This document shows, piece after piece, positions 39,116 to 52,570 of a stretch of 64,000 bases of DNA (positions within the stretch are counted from its first letter, which is position 1; each line of letters begins with the position of its first letter). Below the pieces are notes generated by a model. That model ran no database searches and was not told where the DNA came from. It was given only the letters and a program-made list of their open reading frames with translations. The stretch lies in assembly GCA_028534125.1 (NCBI GenBank), contig CM052817.1, positions 36,768,001 to 36,832,000 of the forward strand. The letters are read 5' to 3'. The translations under genes and the position numbers were made by a program. The DNA comes from Lama glama (taxonomy: Eukaryota).

Positions 39116-39430
39116 AAGGACACAAATGAACATATTTACAAAACAGACTCACAGACATGGAAAACAGACATGGAAAAAAGGGGGAGTGGAGAGATAAATT
39201 GGGAGTTCAGGATTTGCAGATACTAACTACTATATATAAAATAGATCAACAACAAGGTCCTACTGTATAGCATGGGGAACTGTACTCAATACCTTGTGGT
39301 GGCCTATAATGGAAAAGAATATGAAAAGGAATATATATAGGTGTATAACTGAATCACTGTGCTGTACACCAGAAGCTAATACAACATTGTAAATCGACTA
39401 TACTTTAATAAAAAAATAATAAGAGAAAAT
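39116..39430 (+). mobile_element. Young L1 3' UTR fragment with TSD
   Basis: Similar to 9280-9570, with AATAAA and A tail. TSD aattggcttca at 39105-39115 and 39433-39443. Confidence 0.92.
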
Positions 39431-40317
39431 AAAATTGGCTTCATTTTGGGGGGAAATGGGGACATTTATATATAATTTTTGCACATTCTTCTCCATTATG
39501 ATGTCTAGTTGAGCTCTATTCAGTATATATTTAGTCCCATGCTTAGTGCCATAATAAAGATCATAGGAGTTACAAAACTAAGTGGTTTTCTGCCAGGGAG
39601 AAAATTATCGCTGAAGAGCTAAGACAGCACACACGTGAAACTGCTTCAGGGAATTAAAGAAACCTAGTTTCGGAGCTAGTGTATGCCTTTAAATCACCCC
39701 TGTGTATTCTGGCAAAAACTTAGACCATGCTGAGAATATAAATTAACCTCAGGTTGTTTAATAGGCAGTATTTTGGTGACTGTCTACTGAATTAGACATG
39801 GCAGCCACAGGAAGCGTAGGAAATGAGGTAGGACAGAGAGTGGGTTGGGATGAGGCTAGTTCTGTCCCACCGTGTTTCCAAGAAGTTTTGTATAAAGTGG
39901 GCTTTAGGATGTTTGCTGAAACCCACTTACAGGGGAAATGTTTTGTTTGAACTTGAGGTAAAATAAGTTACCATGTGCTGGACCCACTGGCTGGCCTGAG
40001 TAAGGCAGCCAGGATGGCGCTATCTCCAGGCGCTCCCCTGAAGCTCACCCCACAGAAAAGGTTCCACTTGTATTGCCCACTGCTACCCCTCTTCTTGGCA
40101 CCCTAAATCTTCTTAATCTTTGTCTATGACCACACCCCACTGTATGCGCCTGATCGTCCAAATCTTCTTATTTTTTTATCTATTTATCTATTTCTAAGGA
40201 AACAAATATTTAAAATATAAGAAGTTTTTATAGTGAAAAGAAGAGATAAAGACAAAGTCTGTAACTTTTATATGCATCAGTGGAACCTGGTAGTATCTGA
40301 ATAGCAGTGACCTCTTG

Positions 40318-40615
40318 CCGGGCTGGCTCCATGGGTGGGCGGCCTGTACTGTCACATGGACCCCATGCTCAGGGGGAACAGCTTAGTTTAATGCTCTGTG
40401 GTTGCCATCTTGAAGCTCTTAATAGTTATCTTTGAACTTGTGGTTTGTAAGAGAAGCCTGAGGGGGCAATGGAGCATGCCCTTGAGCAGATGACATGTAC
40501 AGGAGAAAAGAAGGAGCTTTGTAATTTAGTATCTTTAATAGCTCTTTCCCCCTGATTTCTAAATGAGAGGCTTTGCATTTTCAATTGTACTGGGCTTTGC
40601 AAATTATGTAGCTAT
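40318..40615. mobile_element. hAT-Tip100 non-autonomous DNA transposon (MER91/MER115/Zaphod-like)
   Basis: gggctggctccatggg...gtttaatgctctg...catcttgaa..tcttaata...tgcattttca.ttg.actggg...gcaaattatgtagc. Confidence 0.7.
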
Positions 40616-40779
40616 TTTGTCTCTTTACAGATCTTTACATTTTTAAAATTCCACTAATTATAGCACATTCTTTGAGACTTTTCTCCTGTAAATGGTCATG
40701 TTCATCTATTAAACGTGTATCATGTTTTGTTGCAAACATTCTTGAGACTACTCTGTAGGAGTCAGTTTATGAGAAGCAT

Positions 40780-41105
40780 TGTCTTAGTCTGTTTGGGCTG
40801 CTATAACAGAAGTACCTTAGACGGGGTGGCCTAAACAACAAACATTTATTTCTCACAGTTCTGCAGGCTGGAAGTCCAAGATCAAGGCACCTGCGGTTTC
40901 AGGGTCTGGTGAGCCGTGTGTCTGGTTCATAGACAGCCGTATTTCTGTAACTGCATATGGTAGGAGGGGCAAGGGAGCTCTCCGGGGTCTCATTATAAGG
41001 GCACTAAATTCCGTTCACGAGGACTCTAAGCTCATTCTTAATCACCTCCAGAAGGTCCCACCGCCTATTACCATCACACTGGGGATTAGGTTTCAATATA
41101 TGAAA
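40780..41105 (-). mobile_element. MaLR solo LTR, MLT1A-like
   Basis: tgtcttagtctgtttgggctgctataaca...catttatttctcacagttctg.aggctggaagtccaagatcaagg...accatcacactggggattaggtttcaa. Confidence 0.88.
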
Positions 41106-41449
41106 CATCACTCCTTTCACTGTAATATACTTCCATAGTAGCAAGATTATGGACAGAATTCTGCCATATGTTTAAGCATTTATTAGCAAATAGACAAAAA
41201 CAGCCAAGACACAAGAAGCCCCTACTCTGTCCTTTTTGACTCTCCAACAAGCACTTTGCAGGAAGGATTCACTCTTAGGCAAATACAATATAACATTCTG
41301 ATGACAGATTCAGCTAACCTAGTTGGTGAGGAAACAGAATTCTCCATTCGTTGGGAGGTTAGATGACCTTAGTCTAGAAGCATTAGGGCTACTGGGTGAA
41401 TCAGATTCTCTCCCTCTGTTCATTCAGAAAAAGGTCCTTTAATGATGTC

Positions 41450-41684
41450 TCTAACTTGCTGTGTGTTTCAATGGGTCTGTCCTGTCTGGGCTTTACTAAA
41501 CTTTTTGAATTCATAGGTTTTGTCTTTTGCCAAATTTGGGAAATCTTTAACAATTATTTCTTCAAGTGCTTTTCCAGCCTTGCCCCTCTTTTTCCTCTCC
41601 TTGAACTTTCATATTAGGTCTTTTATTATAGTCCCACTGGTTCCTGAGGCTCTTTTCTTTCTTTCTTCCTTCCTTCCTTCCTTC

Positions 41685-41745
<61 letters not shown>

Positions 41746-43166
41746 TTCCTTCCTTCCTTTCTTCCTTTCTTTCTTCCTTTCTTTCTTCCTTTCTTTCTTC
41801 CTTTCTTTCTTCCTTTCTCTCTTTCTCTCTTTCTTTCCTTCTTTCCTTCTTTCTTTCTTTCCTTTCTTTCCTTCCTTCCTTCCTTCCTTTCCTTCCTCCC
41901 TTCCTCTCTTTCTTTCTTTCTTTTTTCTATTATCTCTCTGTGTTCACTGATTTTTTTTCGTTGTCCTCTCTGTTCTTCTACTGAGCTCATCCATTGAGTT
42001 TTTTTTTATTTTAGTTATTATATTTTTTAGTTCTAAAATTTCTGTTTGGTTCCTTGTATCTTCTATTTGTTTTCTAAGACTTTCTGCTTTTCATTTGTTT
42101 GAAATGTGTTCATAAACTGCTGATTGGAGCATTTCATAATGGCTGCTTTAAAATTAACATCTCTGTCATCTCAGTGTTGACATTTATTGTCTTTTTTTCA
42201 TTCAGTTTAAGATCTTCCTGTTTCTTTGTATGATGAGAGATTTTCAGTTGACTCCCAGATATTTGTATAATACATTATGAAACTCCTGACCTCATTCAAC
42301 CTCTGTTTTGGCTGACTTTCTATGACTACGTCCAGCAGGGGTGGGGAATGCCCTGCCTTATCAGGGCCAGGTGGAGGTGAAAGCCGTTTTCTCACGGGGG
42401 CTCTGTTGACGCTGAGTGTGTGGGTCTGTGGCTCTGCATTACTCCAGGCAGGGGTGAGATTTCTGTCTCCCCACATGGTCTCGATTGACGCCAGGGGTAG
42501 GGGACATCATCACCACTGGGTAGTGGTGAACGTCTTAACTCTTTGGGAAACCTCCTCTGACATCACCTCAGCAAGGTGGTGCCAGGTGCGAGTGGACCCA
42601 GGGTCCCCATTTGGTCTCTGCTGACACCACAGGGCCAGCAACTCATGGGTTGGCTGAGATGAGAGTCTCTGCTCCCTTGTAAGCCTTCTCTGACGCCATC
42701 TTGGAGTGGCAGTAGGGAGTGGGGAGCCTTGTTACAGCCTCTAGAGGATAGAACCCTTGGCTTCTATGGGTGGGAGGTGGGGCAGAAGTAAAGTCATTAT
42801 TGTCTAAAATTTTCAGTCTTGCTAGGCTGCCCCATTCCTGCTCTTTTGACCAGAGAGTGCAGGCTTCTGTTGGGACTTTTTTTTACCTACGCCATTTGAT
42901 ATTTCTGGGTTGCCAATGTCTTCAGGTCCAAGTCAGAGACATATGCAGCAAAAAGAAAACCCAGGGAACTTAACACCTTGTCATTCCTTGGGTCTCATGG
43001 TCCCTGGCCAGTCTGCCTAGTTCTCTCCGCCTCTCAGTGTTTTCATTGGTTTGTTTTACATATATGTCCATTATGTATGTAACATGTGGCCATATATATT
43101 AGTTGTACTTAGCAGGAGGAATAGGGGAAAGTACCCTCTACTCCATCTTCACTGAAGTGAAAGCCA
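41450..43166 (-). mobile_element. Old L1 5'/ORF1 region (L1MD-like), same family as ~26600-28140, interrupted by a pyrimidine microsatellite
   Basis: Shares motifs with the 26.6-28.1 kb copy (ttttgccaa.tttggg, atggctgctttaaaa, agatcttcctgtttctt, ccagggaactta). Confidence 0.75.
41651..41928. repeat. Compound (TTTC)n/(TTCC)n/(TTTCTTTCTTCC)n pyrimidine tract, ~280 bp
   Basis: Read directly from the sequence. Confidence 0.95.
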
Positions 43167-43179
43167 TCTATTACTGTTA

Positions 43180-45325
43180 TTTTTAAAACAGTTTTTAAAA
43201 GACCAGTTTTAGGTCCACAACAAAATTGAGAGGAAGGTACAGAGATTTCCCATATAATCCTGCTCCTGCACATGCATAGTGTCCCCCATGATCAACATCA
43301 TTACCAGATGGTACATTTGTTACCAGGGATGAGCCTACATTGACACATCACTCAAAGTCCGTATTTTACCTTAGGGCTCACGCTTGGTGTTGTACATTCT
43401 GTGGGTCTGGACAACTGTATAATGGCATGGGTCTATAATATAGCATCATACAAAATATTTACACCATCTTAAAAATCCTCTTTGCTCTGCCTATTCATCC
43501 CCCCTCCCCAACTGATCTTCTTATTGTTTCCATTGTTTTGCCTTTTCTAGGAGGTCATATAGTTGGGATCCTTCTCGGATTGGCTTCTTTCACTTAGTAA
43601 TATGCACTTGAGTTCCCCCCACATTTTTTACGGCTTGATGGCTTCGTTCCTGTTAGTTCTGAGTAGTATTCCATTGTCTGGATGTACCACCTTTTATTTA
43701 TCCATTCACCTACTGAAGGACATCTTGGTTGCTTCCAAGTTTTGGCAATTATGAATGAAGCTGCTATAAATATCCATGGGCAGATTTTTATGTGGACATG
43801 TTTTCACCTCCTTTGGGTAAATTTCAAGGAGAGTGATTGTTGAATCATATAATAAGAATATGTTTAGTTTTGTAAGATACTGCCAAACTGTCTTTGTAAT
43901 TGGCTGTACCATATTGCATTCCCATCAGCAATATATAAGAGTTCCTGCTGGTTGGTGTTGTCAGTGTTCTGGATTTTGGCCATTCTAATAGATGTGTAGT
44001 CATTGTTGTTTTAATTTGCATTTCCTGATGACATATGATGTGGAGCATCTTTTCATACGCTTATTTGCCGTTTGAATATCTTCTTTGGTGGGGCATCTGT
44101 TAAGGTCTTTGACTAACTTTTTAATTAGGTCATTTTCTTATGTTGAATTTTAAGAATTCTTTGTATATTTTGGGTAACATCTTTATCAGATGTATCTTTT
44201 GCAAATATTTTCTCCCAGTCTGTGGCTTGTCGTCTACTCTCTTGACATTATCTTTCACATACCATAAGTTTTTAATTGTAATGGTGTCCAGCTTCTCAGT
44301 TCTTTCTTTCATGGATTGTGTCTTCGGGGTTGTAGCTTAAAGGTCATTGCCATGCCCAAGGCCATGCAAGTTTTCTGTGCGATCTGGGAGTTTTATAGTT
44401 TGGCATTTTTTTTTTTTAGGTCTATGATCCATTTTGAGTTAATTTTTGTGAAATGTGAAGTCTATGTCTAGATTCAGTTTTTTTCCATTTGGATGTCCCG
44501 TTTTCCAGCACTGCTTGTTGAAGAGACTGTCTTTTTTACATTGTTTTGTTTTTGTTCCTTTGTCAAAGATCGGTTGACTATATTGATGCCAGTCCATTTC
44601 TGGTCTCTCTGTTCTGTTCCATTGCTCTATTTGTCTGTTTGCCAATATCACACTGTCTTGACTATGGTAGCTTTATAGCAAATATTGAAGTCAGGTGGTG
44701 GTCAGTCCTCCAACTTTGTCCTTCTTCAATATCTTGTTCACTATTCTAGGTCTTTTGCCTCTCCATGTAAACTTTTGGATCAGTTTGTCAATATTCATAA
44801 AATACCTTGCTGTGATTTTTATTGAGATTGCACTGAATCTATAGATCAAGTTGGGAAGAACTGACATCTTAACAATATTGAATCTTTCTATCCATGAACA
44901 TGGGATCTTTCTCCTTTTACTTAATTCTTCTTTGATTTCATTCATTGAAGTTTTGTAGTTTTTCTCATATAGATCCTGTACGTATTTTGTTAGATTTATA
45001 TAAAAATTTAATTTACTAAAATAAATGGTATTGTGTTTTTAACTTCAAATTCCACATGTTCATTGTTGATATGCAGGAAAGCAATTGATTTTTGTATATT
45101 AACTTGTATCCTGCAGCCTTGCAATTATCAGTTATTAGTACCAGGAGTTTTTTTTTGTTGTTAATTCTTTGGGGTTTTCTATATAGATAATCACGTCTTC
45201 TGTGAACAAAAGCAGTTTTATGCCTTCCTTCCCAATGTGTGTACCCTCTCCTCCACCCTTTTGTTACCTTACTGCGTTAGTAAGGACTTCCTGTATGATG
45301 TTGGAAAGGAGTGGTGAGAGGAGAT
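43180..45325 (-). mobile_element. L1MC-like element: 3' UTR plus degraded ORF2
   Basis: Minus-strand ORF2 remnants IPCSWIERFNIVKMSVLPNLIYRFSAISIKI, IEQWNRTERPE...IFDKG, VQP..KTVWQYLTKLNI..YDS. 3' end motif aaaattgagaggaaggtacagagatttcccatata. Confidence 0.9.
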
Positions 45326-46662
45326 ATTTTTCAAAATCTACATTATCACATTTTTCATATAGTTTTGTCATTTCTCTGATTTAATAGCATTCTTTGTCTT
45401 AAAGATTAGGAAATACTAAAGAGCACAGGGGAGCCAATATCGTCATGCAATAGGACACTATCCTCCTAGCCCCCACCCTATTCAGAATTCTTACAAATAA
45501 GCTAAGATGAATGCCTAAAAGGTAACAATATATTTACATCTCAAAAAACTGAGAGGGATAGTTAATATATACAATCATAAAATCAAGATTCAAAAAACCT
45601 CAATAACATAGTATTATAAAATATGACATTATGCATTTTGATTTAAAAAAAATTATATAATATGGTATAAAGGGCAAAAGCTAGTTTAATATTGGTTCCT
45701 ATGGAGCAATCAACAAGCAAACAAAAAACAGAAGGAGGGTAGCTCTTAGGTAATTAGAAATTAAATGAGAAGCAAAGGAAACTGATATTAATTCAGCCTG
45801 TACGTTGGGTCAAGCACTGGTACAGACATTTTATAGATGCCAAGGAATCTACACAATTGTAGACTATATTAACAGAAGTGAGTGGCCAGAATAAGGGAGG
45901 TAACTGTCACGCTGTGTGCTGAGCTGTGTAGATGATATGTGGACATTGTTCCCAACTAATTGGAGGTGACAAGCATGGTGACAGGTCACATGAAAGGTCA
46001 CTGAAAAATGTTTAATTTGAAAGCTGTCAAGTGGGAAAAAATGAATTATTCTGCCCTGAACCAGAAGTGCAAGGCAGTGCTTTCTCTGTTAATGTAGGTA
46101 TTTAAGCAGTGGCAAAATGACCAGCTATTAGGGATAAAGGAAAGTGGTCTGTTTTAGGTGAGCACTGGGCTAGATGACCTCCAAGGGTCCTTCCAAGAAT
46201 CCACACACCTCTATCGGCCAAGTTAGAAAAAGAATGGCGGAGTTCTAGTCTCAGGGGCGTTAGCCTCTCAAAGCTGGGCACAGCTGGCCTTCAGCTTTGA
46301 GGAGATCCAGACATTAGTAAGAAAGAAGAGGTACTTTCAGTTAAGATAAATTCCAGCTGTTATCTTAGGAAACAGGAAATACAGGGTTTCATAGGAGAAA
46401 TGTGTGCAAACAAAAGCTAGATTTAGATTCCAGGGGGACTGTTATTCAAACAAAAGAGCCCTGTTTTTTATTATGGAGTTCGAAAGTACTGGGATATGGG
46501 CATTATAAAAGAGAAGCACCTGCTTGTTTATTAAAAAAAAGTAACTTCCTATAGGGAGATATCGTCTCCAAATTTAATCATGAATGAAAAGAAAAGACTC
46601 TCTCAAGTGCTCTGCTTAATTTTAGTTCTCCAAGTGCTAAAATTTTAAAAAAATTGAATGAG

Positions 46663-46677
46663 GGTGCCATCTAGTGA
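46663..46677 (-). promoter_or_regulatory. Candidate CTCF binding site
   Basis: Minus strand TCACTAGATGGCACC versus core consensus CCASYAGRKGGCRSY, one mismatch. Motif match only. Confidence 0.5.
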
Positions 46678-49600
46678 CTGTTTTCTGGTTTTCAATTTTG
46701 GAAGCCCTTGAACATGGGTGCCCATGGCAGTGATTTTGGAACCTAGTTGTGCATTGGTATTATCTGGAAGTTTCTCTAACCTTTGGCTTCCTAGGACCCA
46801 CCTGAAGTCAAAATCAGAATCTTTGGAGATGGGGCCCTAGAGGTTCTGCTTTCATTTTAGAAATCTTCGCATGTTTGGAATTAAATGCCCTGGGGGCACG
46901 GTGTGTGTGGGATGAAGTGTCATGAACCAAATTAAAGTGCAGTATTTAGCTACTTGCTCTCAGAATTTGGTTTCAGGAATATGCAAATTGATGCTACATC
47001 TTTGTACCTCTGAAACGTAAGATCGGCTAACGTTTACCCTATAGCTATAGGCAGAGATACACAAAGATGTTTATTATAACACTGGGTTTAATCAGGATTA
47101 ACTAAAAATGACTTAAATGTTCATCAATAGGATTTGACTACAAAATGACAGTAAACTCAAACTTTGAAATTCTATGCAACCATTTAAAAGAAAGGTGTTT
47201 TTCTATATGCTGACACCCCAGATGTATTGTGTGCAGAAAGCAAGCTGTATTTTTAGGAAAGAGGTGATTCAGATGTAAGTGGTCTGGAGCTGATCTCAGA
47301 AACACTGCATTAGTGTGTAGACAGAGTAATAGCTGTGATACAGGGCCATGAACGGGGCCCAGGGATTTTTTCATTGTTAACAGTTTCCTCAAATGGTTTT
47401 AATGCAAACCAGCATTTGAAATCACTCGTGTGGGCATCTTCCCAGTGACCCTCCAGTCAGACTCCTAGTCCCCCTCTAGGTCCTTGGCCAGTCCAGACCC
47501 TGCGCTGTGGGAACACTTTCAGTCGGTGATGGAGATCCTGTGCCTAATGGCTTTTCTCTGTGAACACATGATGAAAACACGACTTAAAATGAGTTTACAA
47601 GACACCCTTGAAACATGGACCTCCAGACAGGCTCTTGCGAAAGAGAACTTGTTCCCAGTGTGTGGGTGGAGCTTCCCCAGTTCACCACGATGTGGAGAGT
47701 TATCTGGTGGCTGTAGAGTTGTGGCGAGCCGTCACGTACAGATCAGTCATTCTAACAGGATGTGACCACAGCATGCGTCTCTCTACAAGAAGGGACAGAA
47801 AGTGTGACAAGGAAACAAAGAAGGAAGCAAAGGAGCAAAAGTTGAAAGTGCAAAGGAGCAAAGGGTCACAAAGGGCTGATGTGAGATGTGCTTGCTGCTC
47901 TGTTTCCCAAAGGCTTGGGTGACTGTCCCTTCTTAATCGGATTTTCCATTAGTAGAGTTTGTGAGGTAGAATCCACCACAAAGTCGTCTTTGTGACCCGT
48001 GGCCTGTCCAGTGCTAAACTCTTGTCCCAGAGGCCCAGATTGGTGAAAGGAACCAGCCCCTTCCAGGGAAGGTGTCTCAGCCCTCAGCTAGGCTAACATG
48101 TTTTATAACTGGGGCTGTGAGGTTGGAGGGATCAATGAAGACAGAGAATACAGGTGGGAAACCGTCCTCGGACCCCCCACGCCTTCCTGCAGCCAATGGA
48201 AACGAGTCTCTCCTCTGAGTCTCTGGCATCTGGTCTCATGGGGATTGTATAGTTTTGAGTAAGTGAGGAGGCTGCATTATGTCAGTTTACGCTCACTTGT
48301 CCATCAGTCACTTACTTGAAGCACATGGGAGTAAGCCTCGAATCAGTTTGCATGTGTTTCTTTTTCAAAATAATGTTTATAGTTTTCTGATTATAAAAGA
48401 AGAGAAGAATGCAGTACATAAATTTACAAAGAATATAGGAAATGTAAAGGAAAAAAAAATCCCAGATGCATCCCATTTTCCCTTCCAGTCCTTAGTTTCT
48501 AAGTATATATTTATATACATTTTAAGAAAACTGGTATCATTTTATATTGTTTGGTACCCTGTTCTGTTAAACTATTACATCCTTTCACCACATTACTAAG
48601 TATTTTAAACATTAAAAATTTCATTATTTATCTCTACTACAATTTATTCAATCTACTATTGAAGTATATTTAGTGTTTTCTGTTTTTCTCCATTAAAAAC
48701 TCTTGTTTTTTTAATTAAATCTGAATGCCACTGGTCTCTCACCATTGTTCATAATATTAGCTGTTTTTAAGATATCCATTCTTTATCATGGGAGTATATC
48801 ATGTCCTGATTCTCCTTGTTTATGAATAATTTGAAAATCAGAAATGAATGTTGAGTGTTTAAGAATGACATTCTACATTCTTCCAGTTTCTCGGTCCGAA
48901 ACTTTAAAGTCATTTGTTCTCCTTTTCTTTCTTTTAAACCCTCATATTAAAAAGAAAAAATCAGTAAATCTGCCAGCTCGCGTTGCACCACACACACAGA
49001 ACCTGACCACTTCTCGCCCCACATCTGGATGATCATGGCAGCCTCCAGACCTTCCTCTGCTCCCCCCTGCATCAGACTGCATCCTGCTCTCGGCCGCAGA
49101 ACCCAGTTATCCTTTTAAGTCAAGTCGGGCCATGCACATTTTGCTCACAATTTTCAAGTGGACTTCGTCTCACTCCTCAGTCTACAAGGCTCTGTTGTCT
49201 GTTCCTCCGACGTTTGGGCTAGACCTCCTACCACTCCCCGTTTGCACATCCACTCAAACCATGTTGGCTCTCCTGCTGTCCCTGTTAGTTGCTTTTGAAA
49301 TGCGGGCTTCATAGTGTCTAGAAACGGATGCACCGTGAGTGCCTCCTTGGTTCACAGTGGGACCTAAAGACTGAGTGAGGAGACAGGTTGTTTCCTGCGG
49401 ATTACAGCAGTCGCCCTTTGAGTATCCTCACTGCCAGCCTTCTGCCCTCCAGGTCCCAGCATCACCGCCTCCCATGGTGGGAACGATCTTTCTTAAGCTC
49501 TGAAATACACAGAGTGTCATTTAAGGGCATCAACTGTCAAGCCTCATTTGCCTGTTGGAACTGGACTGTCTGCAGCCCCTCTGAATGTGGAATACCTCAA

Positions 49601-50553
49601 GAAAAATGGATTTTACTCTATCTTTATTCTTCCCTTCAGCTGGAGTTCATCGCTTTCCTCAGAACTATAATCACTTTGTTTGTATTTCTATTGTTGAACT
49701 TACCACAGTCTGTGTTGTGTCTCTTCTATGTCTTTCTCCTTGACTGAATTACAGTCTTGTAAGAGCCAGGAGCATCTCTTTCCTTCTTTTGATCACCACG
49801 GAATTTTGTAAAATGTGATCATTCGGTAAGTGTTCTTCAACTGAACTGAATGTTCTGCCAAACAGAATCAGGTATCTTAACTGGCTGGAGTTGCCAACAG
49901 TTGAATTAGGGCTGCAGAACCAAGGCGCATATTTGTAAGCAGAGAAATCTAAAAAGTTGAGGTTGGAGAGAGCAGCGTGTGTGGAAATAAATTCCAGAGC
50001 CTGGAGTGATCTTTTCTTTCTGGGCACAAGGTGGCAGACTATGTCCACTTCAATAATTGCGTATAAGTCCGCTTGGTGAGGCTGAAGTGTTCTGCCCTAT
50101 TTTGGAAATTTATTTGAAAAAATAAAAATGAAGCTAGTGCAGCTTGATGGCTGAAATCTGGATTTGCATTGTTTCCTTTACAACACCCGGTGTTTTTATG
50201 TGATCAGACCACTCGCATGTGAGAGTCTGACATAATCTGGAATAGCACTGGCGGGATGATTTCAAGTCATTTATCCGCAATTTAAAACCTAACATAGTTT
50301 ACTTCTCTAACTATCTCTAGTTTTGTGTGTGTGTGTGTGTGCCAAAACTGTCTTTTTTTTCTAAAAAAACAAAAGCAGAGTACTAAGAATAGTTTATTCC
50401 GGAATTCTGATGGTGACTAGTTTATTAGGCAATATGTTAAATGTTTCCATTGATACCAGTTTCTGTTATACCTGGAAGATGGAGAAGAAATGAGGGGTAA
50501 AAGGTATTCTTTGTTTCCAGGTTCCAAGTAGCATTTATTTTAGGTTCTCTCTT

Positions 50554-50554
<1 letters not shown>

Positions 50555-50586
<32 letters not shown>
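50555..50586. repeat. (AC)n microsatellite
   Basis: Read directly. A shorter (TG)n tract lies at ~50324-50341. Confidence 0.95.
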
Positions 50587-50588
<2 letters not shown>

Positions 50589-50689
50589 ATCCAAGTATGT
50601 GCATAGATGTATACACACAACTCTCCACGTATCTGTCTACATATACATACTTCACAGATATGTGTATGATGTATTCTGTCTACGGGACA

Positions 50690-50900
50690 TATGACAGTGC
50701 AGTGAATGCTTAAGAACAAAGACTCTGGAGCCTGACTGCTTGGACACAAACCCTAGCTTACTAGTTGAATCATTTGCTAACAGTTCTGTGCCTCAGTTTC
50801 CTCATCTGTAAATGGGGGATAATGATACTACTTGTATAATAGGGTGTCTGTGCAGATGAGAGGATTTAACTGAGCATGGCACATGTTAGCCGTTATTCTT
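50690..50900 (+). mobile_element. MIR SINE
   Basis: agactctggagcctgactgcttgg...tctgtgcctcagtttcctcatctgtaaatggggataat. Confidence 0.85.
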
Positions 50901-51219
50901 TGTATGTATCTGATTTATTCCATAGCTTATACTACAGCTTGTATTTAGTTTAAAAAAAAGCAACTTCTGTCTACCCATTATGGGAGTTTAGAATTTTTTG
51001 AAGGCACCCTAATGTACTGACATTGACTTCTATTTATCTGTGTTACACAGATTATTCAACTCAACAAACTAGGTGCCGTATGGAAAGTGCACTCATGATT
51101 TCTGTTGTCTGGGAACTTTCATCTCAAAGAGACAAGAGCACGTCTCTTACCCTGTCCCCAGCCCGCTCTTCTTCTTCTCTGGGACCTTCTCCCTGTGAAG
51201 AATGCCACCAATGGAGAGG

Positions 51220-52570
51220 TGTATCCATTAGGAATTCAATTCAGCTGTTGATAACCAAAAAAAGAACAGTCGCTTAACCAATAGAAAATTGTGTTGCAGA
51301 ATAAACACACTGAAGGCAAGAGGCTGATGGCGCTGGTTTAGGGGCATGTCTGTGAGTCTTCTGTCCTTTTGTGTTAGAAAACCTACACTTCTGTCTATCC
51401 CGTTTGCTCTCACATGGCTATCACATGCACCACACTCCAACACCAGATGTGCGGGGTCTTTTCCCCCCACACCAAGTGCTTCTGTGACACCAGCTGGATG
51501 TCCTGCAACTGAACTCAGTTCTGACACTGTCTACCCAGAGGCAGCATCAGACCCCACAGGGCCAGGGCTCAGTCCCACCAGATCCTCCCTCCCCCACTTC
51601 AGATGCTGGTTGTAAGTCCAGACTGTCACTTGTGCTTCCGACCTATCGGCTGTAGATGGGAGGTTTCCAAGACCTCCTCCTTGGATTCCATTAATTTCCT
51701 ACAGTGGCTCACAGAATGGAGGAAAATGGTTTATTACTGTTCACCAGTTTATTGTAAGGGGACATGATGAAGGGTACAGATGGACACCCAGATGGACAAA
51801 TGTGCAGGGCAAGGGATGTGGGAAGGGGCTCGGAGTTTCCATGCTCTCTCTGGGTGGGCCACTCCCCCATCACCTCCACATGTTCGCACACCTGGACGCT
51901 CCCTGAACTCCACAGGTTAGGGATTTTTATCACATAGGCATAATCAACCATAAACTCCATTTCCAGCCCCTCTCTCTTCTATGGAGAATTAGGGGGGAGG
52001 GTTGTAACTTTTAAGCTTCTAATCATCACTTGGTCTTTCTGGTGACCAGCCCTCATCCAAGAGCCCACCCAGAGTCACCTCATTAGAACAAGAGACACTG
52101 CTGTCACCCAGGAAATTCCAAGGGATTTTGGAACTCTGTGTCAGGAACTGGGGTCAAAGACCAAATCTTGGAGCAAAGATGTTCCTAGTGCTTTTATCAC
52201 TTAGGAAATTACACAGGTTTCAGGAGTTCTGTGGCAGGAACTGGTTGCAGAGACTAAGATATATATTTTCTGATCTCATACCCTCCCTTCACGGTCACAC
52301 AATGGCTCCTGCTCCTCCAAGCATCGTGTTGATGTTAAGCAAAGAAGAATAGAGTAAGCAGAGAGGAAAGGTGGGACTAGCTGTATATGTTCTCTTACGG
52401 AGAAGAGCAAAAGCTTCCAGAACTTGCTCCCCTCTTGGACCAGGAGGCTTAGGGCTGATTTCCAGAACAGCGTCACAAGGCCATTAGCTGGAAAAACATC
52501 TATGCTGAAGATCAGAATAAAGAAACAGGCCTGAAATGACTGGAATCAGCGACGAATAGTATCTGCTGAA
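51220..52570 (-). mobile_element. Old MaLR LTR (MLT1J-like) split in two (51220-51371 and 52281-52570) by a nested LTR
   Basis: Left part tgtatccattaggaatt..attcagctg...cagt.gcttaacca. Right part cacggtcacacaatggct.ctgc.cctcca.gcatc...aatagtatctgc. Confidence 0.6.
51372..52280 (-). mobile_element. MER21-like ERVL LTR
   Basis: acaccagatgtg.gggg..ttttcccc.cacaccaag, gacaccagctggatgtcct...agttctgacactgtctacc.agag..agcatcaga.cccacagg, cacccaggaaattccaaggg.ttt. Confidence 0.8.

Noticed and set aside
41520..41990. Long ORFs on both strands (154 aa F/L/S-rich; 142 aa K/E/R/G-rich)
   Set aside because: They are translations of the stop-free TTTC/TTCC microsatellite, not genes. The same applies to 55442-55681.
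26600..43166. Similarity between ~26600-28140 and ~41450-43166 suggesting a segmental duplication
   Set aside because: Similarity is patchy and confined to old L1 5'/ORF1 sequence, and the flanks are unrelated. Two independent insertions of one family explain it.
43563..44945. Series of ORFs with L1 ORF2-like peptides suggesting an active retroelement gene
   Set aside because: Fragmented by stops and frameshifts; a dead L1. All L1 copies in the window are truncated.
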